Below are positions 8,509-16,925 of a DNA stretch of 64,000 nt, in pieces. Each line of letters begins with the position of its first letter. Position 1 is the stretch's first letter. The notes beneath the pieces were generated by a model. It was not told the origin of the DNA, ran no database searches, and worked only from the letters and a program-made list of their open reading frames with translations. This DNA comes from a virus (lineage: Duplodnaviria; Caudoviricetes), in IMG/VR virus record IMGVR_UViG_3300032312_001422, positions 160,001-224,000 of that record, one strand, 5' to 3'. The translations under genes were made by a program, and so were the position numbers.

Positions 8509-9759
8509 ATGACTACATTAGCAGAAAAAAGTAAAGTGGTAACAGTAACAGATCCCAAGACGGATGCTAGTGCCCGCGAAAAGCTGGTTACCGCACGTAT
8601 TGGTCTTTTACTCCGTGCTCCATTCTTTGGCAACCTTGCTACCCGCCTAACACTTATCAACGCAGACGACTGGTGTCCTACTGCCGCCACAGACGGCCGT
8701 AAGTTTTACTACAATAGCGAGTTCGTCAACAACCTTCCCCTAAAGCAATTAGAGTTCTTGGTCGGACACGAAGTGCTTCATGCGGTTTATGACCATATGG
8801 GACGTCGTGGCAACAGAGATCCAAAACTGTGGAACATTGCCGACGACTATTGTGTAAACTGGGACCTGGTAGAGCAACGAATTGGTGACAAGATTCCCGT
8901 TGCACTTTACGATAGCAAATACAAGGGCATGAGTGCAGAAGAAGTCTATGACGACTTGTATGAGAATGCTGACAAAATCAATATTGACGAACTAATGAAA
9001 CGTCTATTGGACGAACACTTGGATGGAGAAAGTGCTGATGGTGAGGGAGAAGATGGTGATAAACCCGGCAACGGTCGCCCACGCCTGAGCGAAGAAGAAA
9101 AGAAAGCCATTCGCGATGAAATCAAAGATGCAGTACTAAATGCCGCCAATGCGTCAGGTGCAGGTAATTTGCCGGGCGGTGTCAAACGCATGATCAAGGA
9201 TCTAACCGAACCTGTCATTAACTGGCGTGAGTTGGTCAACCAGCAGATTGAATCGACTATCAAGAGTGATTTTACTTGGCAACGTCCCAGCCGCAGAAGC
9301 TGGCATATGGATGCTGTAATGCCCGGAATGTTGCCCGGCAATCAAATTGACGTGGTTATTGGCATTGATACTTCAGGTAGTATTACTGACAACGATCTTA
9401 AAATATTCCTGAGTGAAATCAAAGGTATCATGGAAAGCTATGACGAATATCGTATCCATGTGTTGGGTTGGGATACCCAAGTACACAATCACGAAATATT
9501 CACATCAGACAATATTGCTGACATTGAGAGCTTTCAACCCGGTGGCGGTGGCGGCACAGATCCACATTGTGTTTGGTCATGGTTGGAAGAAAATCAGATC
9601 GAACCCAAGAAATTGATCATGTTTACTGACTACTGTTTCTTTGGCTGGAGCCCCGAGCAGGTAGAGCAGTATTGCGATACTGTATGGATTATTAAAGGCA
9701 ACAAAGAAGCCAAGCCCGAGTTTGGTGTGTATGCTCACTACGAGGATGCAGTAAAGTGA
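8509..9759 (+). CDS. DUF2201-type putative metallopeptidase with C-terminal VWA domain (MoxR partner)
   Basis: TAATDG, HEVLH (HEXXH), WNIADDY, acidic linker, VWA MIDAS-like IDTSGS, GGGGTD, IMFTD. Confidence 0.85.
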   Translation: MTTLAEKSKVVTVTDPKTDASAREKLVTARIGLLLRAPFFGNLATRLTLINADDWCPTAATDGRKFYYNSEFVNNLPLKQLEFLVGHEVLHAVYDHMGRRGNRDPKLWNIADDYCVNWDLVEQRIGDKIPVALYDSKYKGMSAEEVYDDLYENADKINIDELMKRLLDEHLDGESADGEGEDGDKPGNGRPRLSEEEKKAIRDEIKDAVLNAANASGAGNLPGGVKRMIKDLTEPVINWRELVNQQIESTIKSDFTWQRPSRRSWHMDAVMPGMLPGNQIDVVIGIDTSGSITDNDLKIFLSEIKGIMESYDEYRIHVLGWDTQVHNHEIFTSDNIADIESFQPGGGGGTDPHCVWSWLEENQIEPKKLIMFTDYCFFGWSPEQVEQYCDTVWIIKGNKEAKPEFGVYAHYEDAVK

Positions 9760-9947
9760 ACTTACAAGATCTTAAACAGCAGGCAGGGATAGGAGACAAT
9801 CCTGATCAAGAAGGTCTGGATCTATTTGCCAAGTTGATTGTGCAAGAATGTGCCAACGAACTAATTAAATGGAAAAATCAACCGTTTCCGTATGATGAAG
9901 AATTTGGAGCAAGATTAATTAAACAACATTTTGGAGTTGAAGAATGA
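9756..9947 (+). CDS. Hypothetical phage protein
   Basis: FAKLIVQEC...IKQHFGVEE, a small phage family motif. GTGA overlap. Confidence 0.7.
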   Translation: MNLQDLKQQAGIGDNPDQEGLDLFAKLIVQECANELIKWKNQPFPYDEEFGARLIKQHFGVEE

Positions 9948-10123
9948 CATACAGTTGGGTATTGATCATTGCTATGTTTAGCCCAGGTGGTGATTTTATA
10001 GGCAATCAAACTATCAACTTTGTCTCTAAAAAAGATTGTGAAGCAGTAAGAACACAGCTACCAAATTTAAATCAACCAATGCATGTTAAGTATAAAGGAC
10101 TGTGTGTAAATAATGGAATTTAA
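9944..10123 (+). CDS. Small hypothetical protein, 59 aa (not in ORF track)
   Basis: MTYSWVLIIAMFSPGG...KDCEAV...GLCVNNGI*. ATGA overlap, fills the gap. Confidence 0.65.
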   Translation: MTYSWVLIIAMFSPGGDFIGNQTINFVSKKDCEAVRTQLPNLNQPMHVKYKGLCVNNGI

Positions 10124-10412
10124 AAATCCCAAGGATCTAAAACCCAAGGCCGCACGTGAGCTGGCATTGGAGCTACAGTTGCGTATTCTCAAATTGGAAA
10201 ACTGTCTAGACGATCTTAGCCGTTCAGTAGAGATTGCTCAATTTACCAAACAGTATCAAGTAACCGAAACTTTTGTACGTGATGCCGAAACTTTGCTCAA
10301 GGATAGATTGGTACTGCCCGAAGCCAATCAAAGCAATGCCAAATTTACCTTGGTTGAAGGAGAATTGAGTCAGGAAACCATAGACTCTATCCGGTCCAAT
10401 GCTAAAGTATAA
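10113..10412 (+). CDS. Hypothetical phage protein (coiled coil)
   Basis: 99 aa in operon. Confidence 0.7.
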   Translation: MEFKNPKDLKPKAARELALELQLRILKLENCLDDLSRSVEIAQFTKQYQVTETFVRDAETLLKDRLVLPEANQSNAKFTLVEGELSQETIDSIRSNAKV

Positions 10413-10689
10413 CGAAGCAAATCCTCTAACAGTATTTGGCCTTAGAGAATTAGATCACTGCCCACCGCACTTTACCCCGGTCACGTTTGAGTTAAAATGT
10501 ACCGAAAAAACCATTTCAGATTGGATATGGACCAACCTAACTGGCAGGTTTTACTACGGTGAGCAGTATTACAAAGATGCTGATGCCAATGTACACAGCC
10601 ATCGCTGTGCCGCATTTGAAATAGCCGCAGAAGCCAGTATGTTTGCCTTGATACTGGATCAAATCAACACCTTCAATTTCGAGCTTTAA
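10399..10689 (+). CDS. Hypothetical phage protein
   Basis: 96 aa in operon. Confidence 0.7.
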   Translation: MLKYNEANPLTVFGLRELDHCPPHFTPVTFELKCTEKTISDWIWTNLTGRFYYGEQYYKDADANVHSHRCAAFEIAAEASMFALILDQINTFNFEL

Positions 10690-10747
10690 AAAATTTTTCC
10701 GGTGGCTGTATAGATCGTAAATATATGCATAGTTTACGGAGATATCT

Positions 10748-11005
10748 ATGCAAGAACAAACAACACAACAAGAACAAGTAGCACAGCCCGACGAAGCCGC
10801 AGTTCAGTTACAATTATCGGACTTGATGCTGTGTGCCCAAGCACTTCAGTTGGCCAGCACACGTGGTGCATTTCGTACCGAAGAATTCACACAGGTTGGC
10901 GGAGTATTTGATCGCATTACTGCTTTTCTTAAAGCCAGTGGTGCATTATCATCATCTTCTGCACCAACCAGTGATGAAACAGTAGCCACAACAGCTGCTG
11001 AATAA
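10748..11005 (+). CDS. Hypothetical phage protein
   Basis: 85 aa, preceded by GTAAATA (10717-10723) and a GGAG RBS. Confidence 0.7.
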   Translation: MQEQTTQQEQVAQPDEAAVQLQLSDLMLCAQALQLASTRGAFRTEEFTQVGGVFDRITAFLKASGALSSSSAPTSDETVATTAAE

Positions 11006-11019
11006 AAGGAAAATTTAAA

Positions 11020-11721
11020 ATGATTAAACATGTGGGTAAACACAACAACAAAAGAATAGTATTACTATGGCGCCGTGTACCAAACGAGGATCATATGGCC
11101 TTGCTTGCATACAGCGAAACACTTCCACGTATGATTCATGACGAAGTTATGAAAGCATTGGAAAGCCCAATTGGTCAAAACGCCAAAGAATTCAGTGATG
11201 TGTTGTTCCGTACAACCATGGCTGATGGTCGTAATGCTCTCGAAGTGTTACACAAAGAAGGTTTTATCAAGAAAGTACCAACCAGCCAAGTGTTGATAAC
11301 TCCCACAATGAAATCCAGTGTACGTTTAGATGAACTAAACAGCATTCTAGACGAAATGGAAAAAGGTGAAGAGGCTATTAAGAAGTTGGCCGACATTGAT
11401 GCCAATGCAGGATTGCAAACTAAAAAACGTCGTACCGAAGGTCGTGAAGTTGGTATGCCGCCTAACAACGCCAGTATTAGCAGAACCAATCTTGATATTG
11501 AAGCAACCGATAGTGCCGCTGCCTATCTCAAAGGTGTACTAAGCGACGATGATTTGGCCACACAAAGATTAAGCCAGGCTGCTCAGATGCAAAAGCAAGC
11601 TGAGCAACTATTAGCCGAAGCCAAGCGTTTAACTGAAGAAGCACAATCACTAACACCTGCGAAAAATGTCAAAACAACAAGAGCCAAAAAAGCCACGCCG
11701 ACCAAGAAGCAAGCGGCTTAA
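11020..11721 (+). CDS. Hypothetical phage protein
   Basis: 233 aa with AAGGA RBS and a coiled-coil C-terminus. Confidence 0.8.
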   Translation: MIKHVGKHNNKRIVLLWRRVPNEDHMALLAYSETLPRMIHDEVMKALESPIGQNAKEFSDVLFRTTMADGRNALEVLHKEGFIKKVPTSQVLITPTMKSSVRLDELNSILDEMEKGEEAIKKLADIDANAGLQTKKRRTEGREVGMPPNNASISRTNLDIEATDSAAAYLKGVLSDDDLATQRLSQAAQMQKQAEQLLAEAKRLTEEAQSLTPAKNVKTTRAKKATPTKKQAA

Positions 11722-12013
11722 CTTAAACCGTAAAGATCAATGGGAAAAGCTCTTAAAAGAAGTAACCAAAGAACAAGTACCCATTAATGTCTTACGTTAT
11801 ATTACTGTTAATTTAAAAGATGGCACCAGTGTAGATGTCAACGTTGCTGAGATGATTGACGAAGGTGCCGATCCTGCTGTAGTGGAAAAAATTATCAATG
11901 CCAAACTAGAAGCCTTAGATGACATCATAAAAGATGTCGATTTTCATATAAGCGTAGACAGCGTGGCCAAAGTAATTCAACCGTTCACAGACAACTTACT
12001 CAAAGACTTATGA
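11666..12013 (+). CDS. Hypothetical phage protein
   Basis: 115 aa with ATGA overlap into DHFR. Confidence 0.7.
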   Translation: MSKQQEPKKPRRPRSKRLNLNRKDQWEKLLKEVTKEQVPINVLRYITVNLKDGTSVDVNVAEMIDEGADPAVVEKIINAKLEALDDIIKDVDFHISVDSVAKVIQPFTDNLLKDL

Positions 12014-12510
12014 TAAATGCTATATTTGCCGTTGATTTCAACGGCGGTATGGGCCATAACGGAACGTTACCTTGGCCGCATAACGCTGAAGATTTACAAC
12101 ACTTTAAAAACTTGACTACCGGGCATGTAGTTGTCATGGGTCGCAAGACCTGGGACGATCCCAAGATGCCCAAGCCCTTACCCAATCGTACTGTGTATGT
12201 TGCCACCCATAGACCTGTGGCACATGCAAATCCGTTCAGCGGCGATGTGGAACAAAAACTGTTAGACCTAGAGCGTGAAAATCCCACTAAGAAAATATTT
12301 GTTATTGGTGGATCTGTTCTATTAGAAACTGCTCGTCCATTGTTTGATAGAATATACTTGACACACGTCAAAGGTACCTATCGTGCAGATACCAGAATAT
12401 ATGTAAAAGAGTTCTTGACTGGATTTCAACCTGTACGTGCTCAAGTAAGTCGAGATTTTCAATCAACATTTACGGTCTATGAGTCAATCTTCAAACGCAA
12501 AACAACCTAA
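12010..12510 (+). CDS. folA: Dihydrofolate reductase
   Basis: AVDFNGGMGHNGTLPW, DLQHFK, VVMGRKTW, PLPNR, FVIGG. Confidence 0.95.
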   Translation: MINAIFAVDFNGGMGHNGTLPWPHNAEDLQHFKNLTTGHVVVMGRKTWDDPKMPKPLPNRTVYVATHRPVAHANPFSGDVEQKLLDLERENPTKKIFVIGGSVLLETARPLFDRIYLTHVKGTYRADTRIYVKEFLTGFQPVRAQVSRDFQSTFTVYESIFKRKTT

Positions 12511-13264
12511 AATATTTGTTGCAGGATCTAGCTGGGCTCGTGGAGAATGGGCTGCTGGTAATCCTGTGGTACAACACGATGGTATAAAACAGTATTTTGC
12601 AGATGCAGGATACACAGTGGTAGATGCCAGTCAAGCTCGCAGTTACCACAGTCGTGTAATTGCATATCTAGATAAAAAACTAAAAGAACACTATAACAAC
12701 AACGATGTTGTTTTTTTTATTATGGCTGATCCCTTGTTGGATCTTATTATGCCAGAACTTGCTGGACTAAATCTCAAACGTGACAGTGATGCCAGTAACT
12801 TGCCCGGGTTTACCAAAACCATTAAAACAGCCGGTGGGTTAATTAATTTGGTACGTCAACAGCAAGATAGCATTTACAATCAACTTGACGCTGTGGCTAA
12901 ACAATACAATGTCAATGTACATTGCATAGGCGGAACTTACAATGTAAATACCAACATATCTAGCAAGTATTCTAACCTGTTGCCCACTGTGCCAAGTTGG
13001 ATTTATTTGTTAGCAGGGCAGTATCGAGAACACCCAGGAACGGATAATCCAGAGTTTGGTATAACGTATACCTGGGGCATTGACTATATTGACTTATCCA
13101 CATACACCGTAGAATTTGCCAATCAAGTTCGGCAAGAATTTGGTGTAATATCTGACAGCACTAGAATAATGGATGAACTTATTTTTCACCCAGATGGCTT
13201 GCATCCTAACAGAGAAGGTCATACAATACTATATAAACACCTAACAGACTTATTACACTTATGA
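12479..13264 (+). CDS. SGNH-like protein (copy 2), between folA and thyA
   Basis: IFVAGSSWARG ... DGLHPNREGH. Confidence 0.6.
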   Translation: MSQSSNAKQPKIFVAGSSWARGEWAAGNPVVQHDGIKQYFADAGYTVVDASQARSYHSRVIAYLDKKLKEHYNNNDVVFFIMADPLLDLIMPELAGLNLKRDSDASNLPGFTKTIKTAGGLINLVRQQQDSIYNQLDAVAKQYNVNVHCIGGTYNVNTNISSKYSNLLPTVPSWIYLLAGQYREHPGTDNPEFGITYTWGIDYIDLSTYTVEFANQVRQEFGVISDSTRIMDELIFHPDGLHPNREGHTILYKHLTDLLHL

Positions 13265-14172
13265 AACAATACCTAGACGCACTTCAACAAGTTCTTGAGC
13301 AGGGCGAGGTTCGAGACGACCGCACCGGTGTAGGCACTATCAGCCTGTTTGGTTTGCAACACCGTTATGATTTAAGTAAATCGTTTCCGGCAGTAACTAC
13401 TAAACGACTAGCATGGCGAGCTTGTGTGGGTGAACTGTTATGGATGATTGAAGGCTCAGGTAGTGAACGTAGACTGGCAGAAATTACACACGGTACCGCA
13501 GATGGTACAGCAACTATCTGGACTCCAAATGCACTTGCTCCGTACTGGAAACCCCGGGCCCAGTTTGAAGGTGACCTAGGTCGCGTGTACGGAGTACAAT
13601 GGCGTCGCTGGCGCACTCCTGTAGAACACAAAGCTGAAACATTTAAAGATGATTTTGGAAATATATATAATAGACAAGGGCTATTGCATATCAAAGAAGT
13701 TGATCAGCTACAAGAATTAATTGAAGGATTAAAGCAAGACCCGCATGGACGAAGACATATCATATCTGCATGGAACCCTGGTGAATTAGATCAGATGGCC
13801 CTGCCACCATGTCATGTGTTTGCACAATTTTATGTAAGTCAAGACGGCAAATTAAGTTGTCAAATGTATCAAAGAAGTTGCGACATGTTTCTAGGAGTAC
13901 CATTTAATATCGCAAGCTACAGCCTCTTAACGGCCATGATAGCTCAAGTGTGCGGCCTTCAGGTTGGTGAGTTCGTTCACGTTCTCGGCGATGCACACAT
14001 CTACTTGAATCATGTTGAACAGGTAAAAGAACAATTAACACGTGAACCATTACCTGCGCCAACTCTCTGGCTTAACCCAGACATTAAAGATATTACAAAA
14101 TTTACAATGACAGATATTCGTTTAGACGGATACCAATCACACAGTAGCATTAAAGCAGAAATGGCTGTGTAA
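13261..14172 (+). CDS. thyA: Thymidylate synthase
   Basis: DDRTGVGT, LPPCH, YQRSCDMFLGVPFNIASY, GDAHIYLNH. Confidence 0.97.
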   Translation: MKQYLDALQQVLEQGEVRDDRTGVGTISLFGLQHRYDLSKSFPAVTTKRLAWRACVGELLWMIEGSGSERRLAEITHGTADGTATIWTPNALAPYWKPRAQFEGDLGRVYGVQWRRWRTPVEHKAETFKDDFGNIYNRQGLLHIKEVDQLQELIEGLKQDPHGRRHIISAWNPGELDQMALPPCHVFAQFYVSQDGKLSCQMYQRSCDMFLGVPFNIASYSLLTAMIAQVCGLQVGEFVHVLGDAHIYLNHVEQVKEQLTREPLPAPTLWLNPDIKDITKFTMTDIRLDGYQSHSSIKAEMAV

Positions 14173-14897
14173 TGACTTACAGTTATGTTCTTGCCTTTGG
14201 CGATAGTACTACTGCTGGAGCCGAACTAATTGAAAATGCTTTAGACTTGGATTCTATTAAAAAATTAAGTTTCTCAAATCAGTTAGCTGATAAATTAAAC
14301 ATACCTTGTATTAATTTTGCATGGCCTGGCGGTAGTAATGATCGAAGCTTACGTTTGTTACCAGAGGCATTGTTAACTTATCCCAACAGTCTTGTATTAT
14401 TCACCTATACTAGCTTTGATAGAACTGAATTTTTTACTCTAGATTTGGAAATGCAACAAAATGATAGACACGCTGGATTTGGCAAATGTTGGACTCATGT
14501 TAAATCTAGTAAAAGACATCAAGAATTAAACACACAATATCTTAAAAATTTTTATTATGATCCAATTGATTATAATCGATACAGAACATACAATATGATG
14601 TTAAATGTACAACTACTGTGTCAACAATATGCTAAAAACTATTTGCAAATTTTTTTGTATAAGCAATTAATATCATCACCCGACTATCAACAAGTAATCT
14701 ACGATAATATAGATAAAGATCACATTTACAAATTTGATTATGCAACTGAAAAAATTTACTGGAAGCACAATAATCACGGGTTTGGCAGTTTAGACCATTG
14801 GGCAAAAAGCAAAGGATATAGTTTTTGTAAACACGGTCATATTGGGCAAATTGCACATGACTCTTTTGCAAATGAATTGTATAATAAGGTAACATGA
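14172..14897 (+). CDS. SGNH-like protein (copy 3)
   Basis: LAFGDSTTAG, AWPGGSN, GHIGQIAH. AT-rich. Confidence 0.6.
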   Translation: MTYSYVLAFGDSTTAGAELIENALDLDSIKKLSFSNQLADKLNIPCINFAWPGGSNDRSLRLLPEALLTYPNSLVLFTYTSFDRTEFFTLDLEMQQNDRHAGFGKCWTHVKSSKRHQELNTQYLKNFYYDPIDYNRYRTYNMMLNVQLLCQQYAKNYLQIFLYKQLISSPDYQQVIYDNIDKDHIYKFDYATEKIYWKHNNHGFGSLDHWAKSKGYSFCKHGHIGQIAHDSFANELYNKVT

Positions 14898-15841
14898 AAA
14901 TATTAGTTACTGGCGGAGCAGGTTTTATCGGACACGGTGTAGTTGCTAAACTAGAAAAACAAGGGCACGAAGTTTGTGTGCTTGATAACTTTACTAACTA
15001 TGGTGTCATCCCTGAAAGAGAAATTAAATCGCTACACGCAGAACGTTTGGCTCGACTTAAAACTACCAGCATACATCGTGTGGATATAAAAAACTATCAT
15101 GACGTAAGTCAGGTATTTGAAGAGTGCTTGCCCGATGTTGTGATACATTGTGCTGCTTTTCCTAGAGCCAAAGTGGTAGATCAAAATCCCGAAGAAGGAT
15201 GTGCTGTGCTTACCAGTGGGCTTGTTAACTTGTTACGTGCCAGCGAACGATGGAAGGTGCGTAGATTTGTTTATATCAGTAGTAGCATGGTCTACGGCGA
15301 CTTTGACATGATTGGCTACGAGGATATGCGATGTAGTCCAAAAGGCATCTACGGCATACTCAAACTTGCAGGCGAAGCATTAACACGAGATCATTGTGAA
15401 CGTGCCGGTATGGATCATGTTATACTACGTCCTTCAGCTGTGTATGGTCCACTTGATGTTGAGGATCGTGTGGTAAGTAAATTTTTAATTGCTGCAATAC
15501 AAAATAAAGAAATTGTGGTACACGGACCGGACGAGTTATTGGACTTTACTTTTGTTGATGATTGTGTGCGTGGTATTGTTAGAGCCGCTAATAGTTTTAA
15601 CAGTAGTGGACGTACTTATAATATTACTAGGGGCCAGAGTCGTACTTTATTAGAAGCTGCTGAACTGGCTATTGAAATTGCCGGTGGTGGTAGGATTAAA
15701 ATAGCTGATGCCAATCCCACATTTCCCAGTAGGGGAACACTGAGCAATATGCGAGCTGGGCAAGACTTTGGCTATCATGGGCGAGTTGATATAGAACAAG
15801 GTTTTCAAACATACTATGAGTGGCTACAGCGTACCGTTTAA
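14894..15841 (+). CDS. NAD-dependent NDP-sugar epimerase/dehydratase (extended SDR)
   Basis: TGGAGFIG, SSSMVYG, YGILK (YxxxK), RPSAVYGP, DFTFVDD. Confidence 0.92.
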   Translation: MKILVTGGAGFIGHGVVAKLEKQGHEVCVLDNFTNYGVIPEREIKSLHAERLARLKTTSIHRVDIKNYHDVSQVFEECLPDVVIHCAAFPRAKVVDQNPEEGCAVLTSGLVNLLRASERWKVRRFVYISSSMVYGDFDMIGYEDMRCSPKGIYGILKLAGEALTRDHCERAGMDHVILRPSAVYGPLDVEDRVVSKFLIAAIQNKEIVVHGPDELLDFTFVDDCVRGIVRAANSFNSSGRTYNITRGQSRTLLEAAELAIEIAGGGRIKIADANPTFPSRGTLSNMRAGQDFGYHGRVDIEQGFQTYYEWLQRTV

Positions 15842-16925
15842 CGGCATAGCCCGTCAATACCAAAATATCCGGGACGAGATCCTAGATGCCAGTGATCGTG
15901 CGTATCGTGGCGGGCAAGTATTAGATGGCCCGTATACGCAGATGTTTGAACGACATATGGCTCAACGATGCATGCGGCAATATAGTGTGGCAGTTAACTC
16001 TGGAACACAAGCATTGTTGTTTGCTCAGTTAGCTACTGCTCGAAGCAAAGGCATAGAAAAGATCATGATTCCCGGCATTAGTTTTGTTGCCACACTTAAC
16101 TCTGTGTTAATGGCCGGCAACGAACCTGTGTACTGTGATGTGGATCACAATGCCTTGCTAGATATAGAAACAATTGATTATGCCTTAGATGGACACATAG
16201 ATACTGTTATGTATGTTAACATGTTTGGCAATGTGTTAGACTACAATAAACTATTAAATGTTACCAAGTTTTTCAACGAAGATGTCAAGATAATTGAAGA
16301 TGCTGCACAAAGTTTTGGTGCCAGCTACAACGGTGTTCCATCAGGCAAACTAGGAGACGTAAGCGTACTGAGTTTTGATCCCACAAAAAATCTAAACAAT
16401 TACGGGTCAGGTGGAATGATACTCACAGACGACTATGATATCTATCAATTTGCTTTGGCTCTGAGGGACAATGGCAAAGTATTAAACCACGACTTTGCCG
16501 GCACCAACAGTAAGATGAGTGATTCAGACTGTGCTCAAATGTTAGTCAAGCTAAAATATTTTGATGGGTGGCAACGACGTCGTGCAGAAATTGCAGACTT
16601 TTATATAGAGCACTTGACTGACTGGGTAGATGTGCTGTTGCCCAATCAGGATGTAGAACATGCATGGCACAAGTTTGTTATTCGTACTGGATCACGTAGT
16701 GCCATGCAAGGCATGTTGGCCAGCAAAGGCATTGAAACTAAAATACACTATGAGCAACCGTTGTTTGAACATGCGGTAGGGTGGGACTATGTGGATTATG
16801 CTAGAGATATCATGCGTGGTAGCACAGCACACAGCAAAGAAGCATTGAGTCTGCCTATCTATCCTGAAATGACGGACACCGAAGTAGAACTTGTGGTTGA
16901 GTCTATCGAGGCTTACTTAAATTAA
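15816..16925 (+). CDS. DegT/DnrJ/EryC1/StrS family PLP sugar aminotransferase
   Basis: VNSGTQAL, SFVAT, IEDAAQSFG, SFDPTKNL (PLP lysine), LSLPIYP. Confidence 0.92.
   Translation: MSGYSVPFNGIARQYQNIRDEILDASDRAYRGGQVLDGPYTQMFERHMAQRCMRQYSVAVNSGTQALLFAQLATARSKGIEKIMIPGISFVATLNSVLMAGNEPVYCDVDHNALLDIETIDYALDGHIDTVMYVNMFGNVLDYNKLLNVTKFFNEDVKIIEDAAQSFGASYNGVPSGKLGDVSVLSFDPTKNLNNYGSGGMILTDDYDIYQFALALRDNGKVLNHDFAGTNSKMSDSDCAQMLVKLKYFDGWQRRRAEIADFYIEHLTDWVDVLLPNQDVEHAWHKFVIRTGSRSAMQGMLASKGIETKIHYEQPLFEHAVGWDYVDYARDIMRGSTAHSKEALSLPIYPEMTDTEVELVVESIEAYLN

Noticed and set aside
13261-14172. ThyA as a dCMP/dUMP hydroxymethylase for DNA hypermodification
   Set aside because: It retains canonical TS motifs including the Asn of PFNIASY (dUMP specificity) and sits beside DHFR, so it looks like an ordinary thymidylate synthase.
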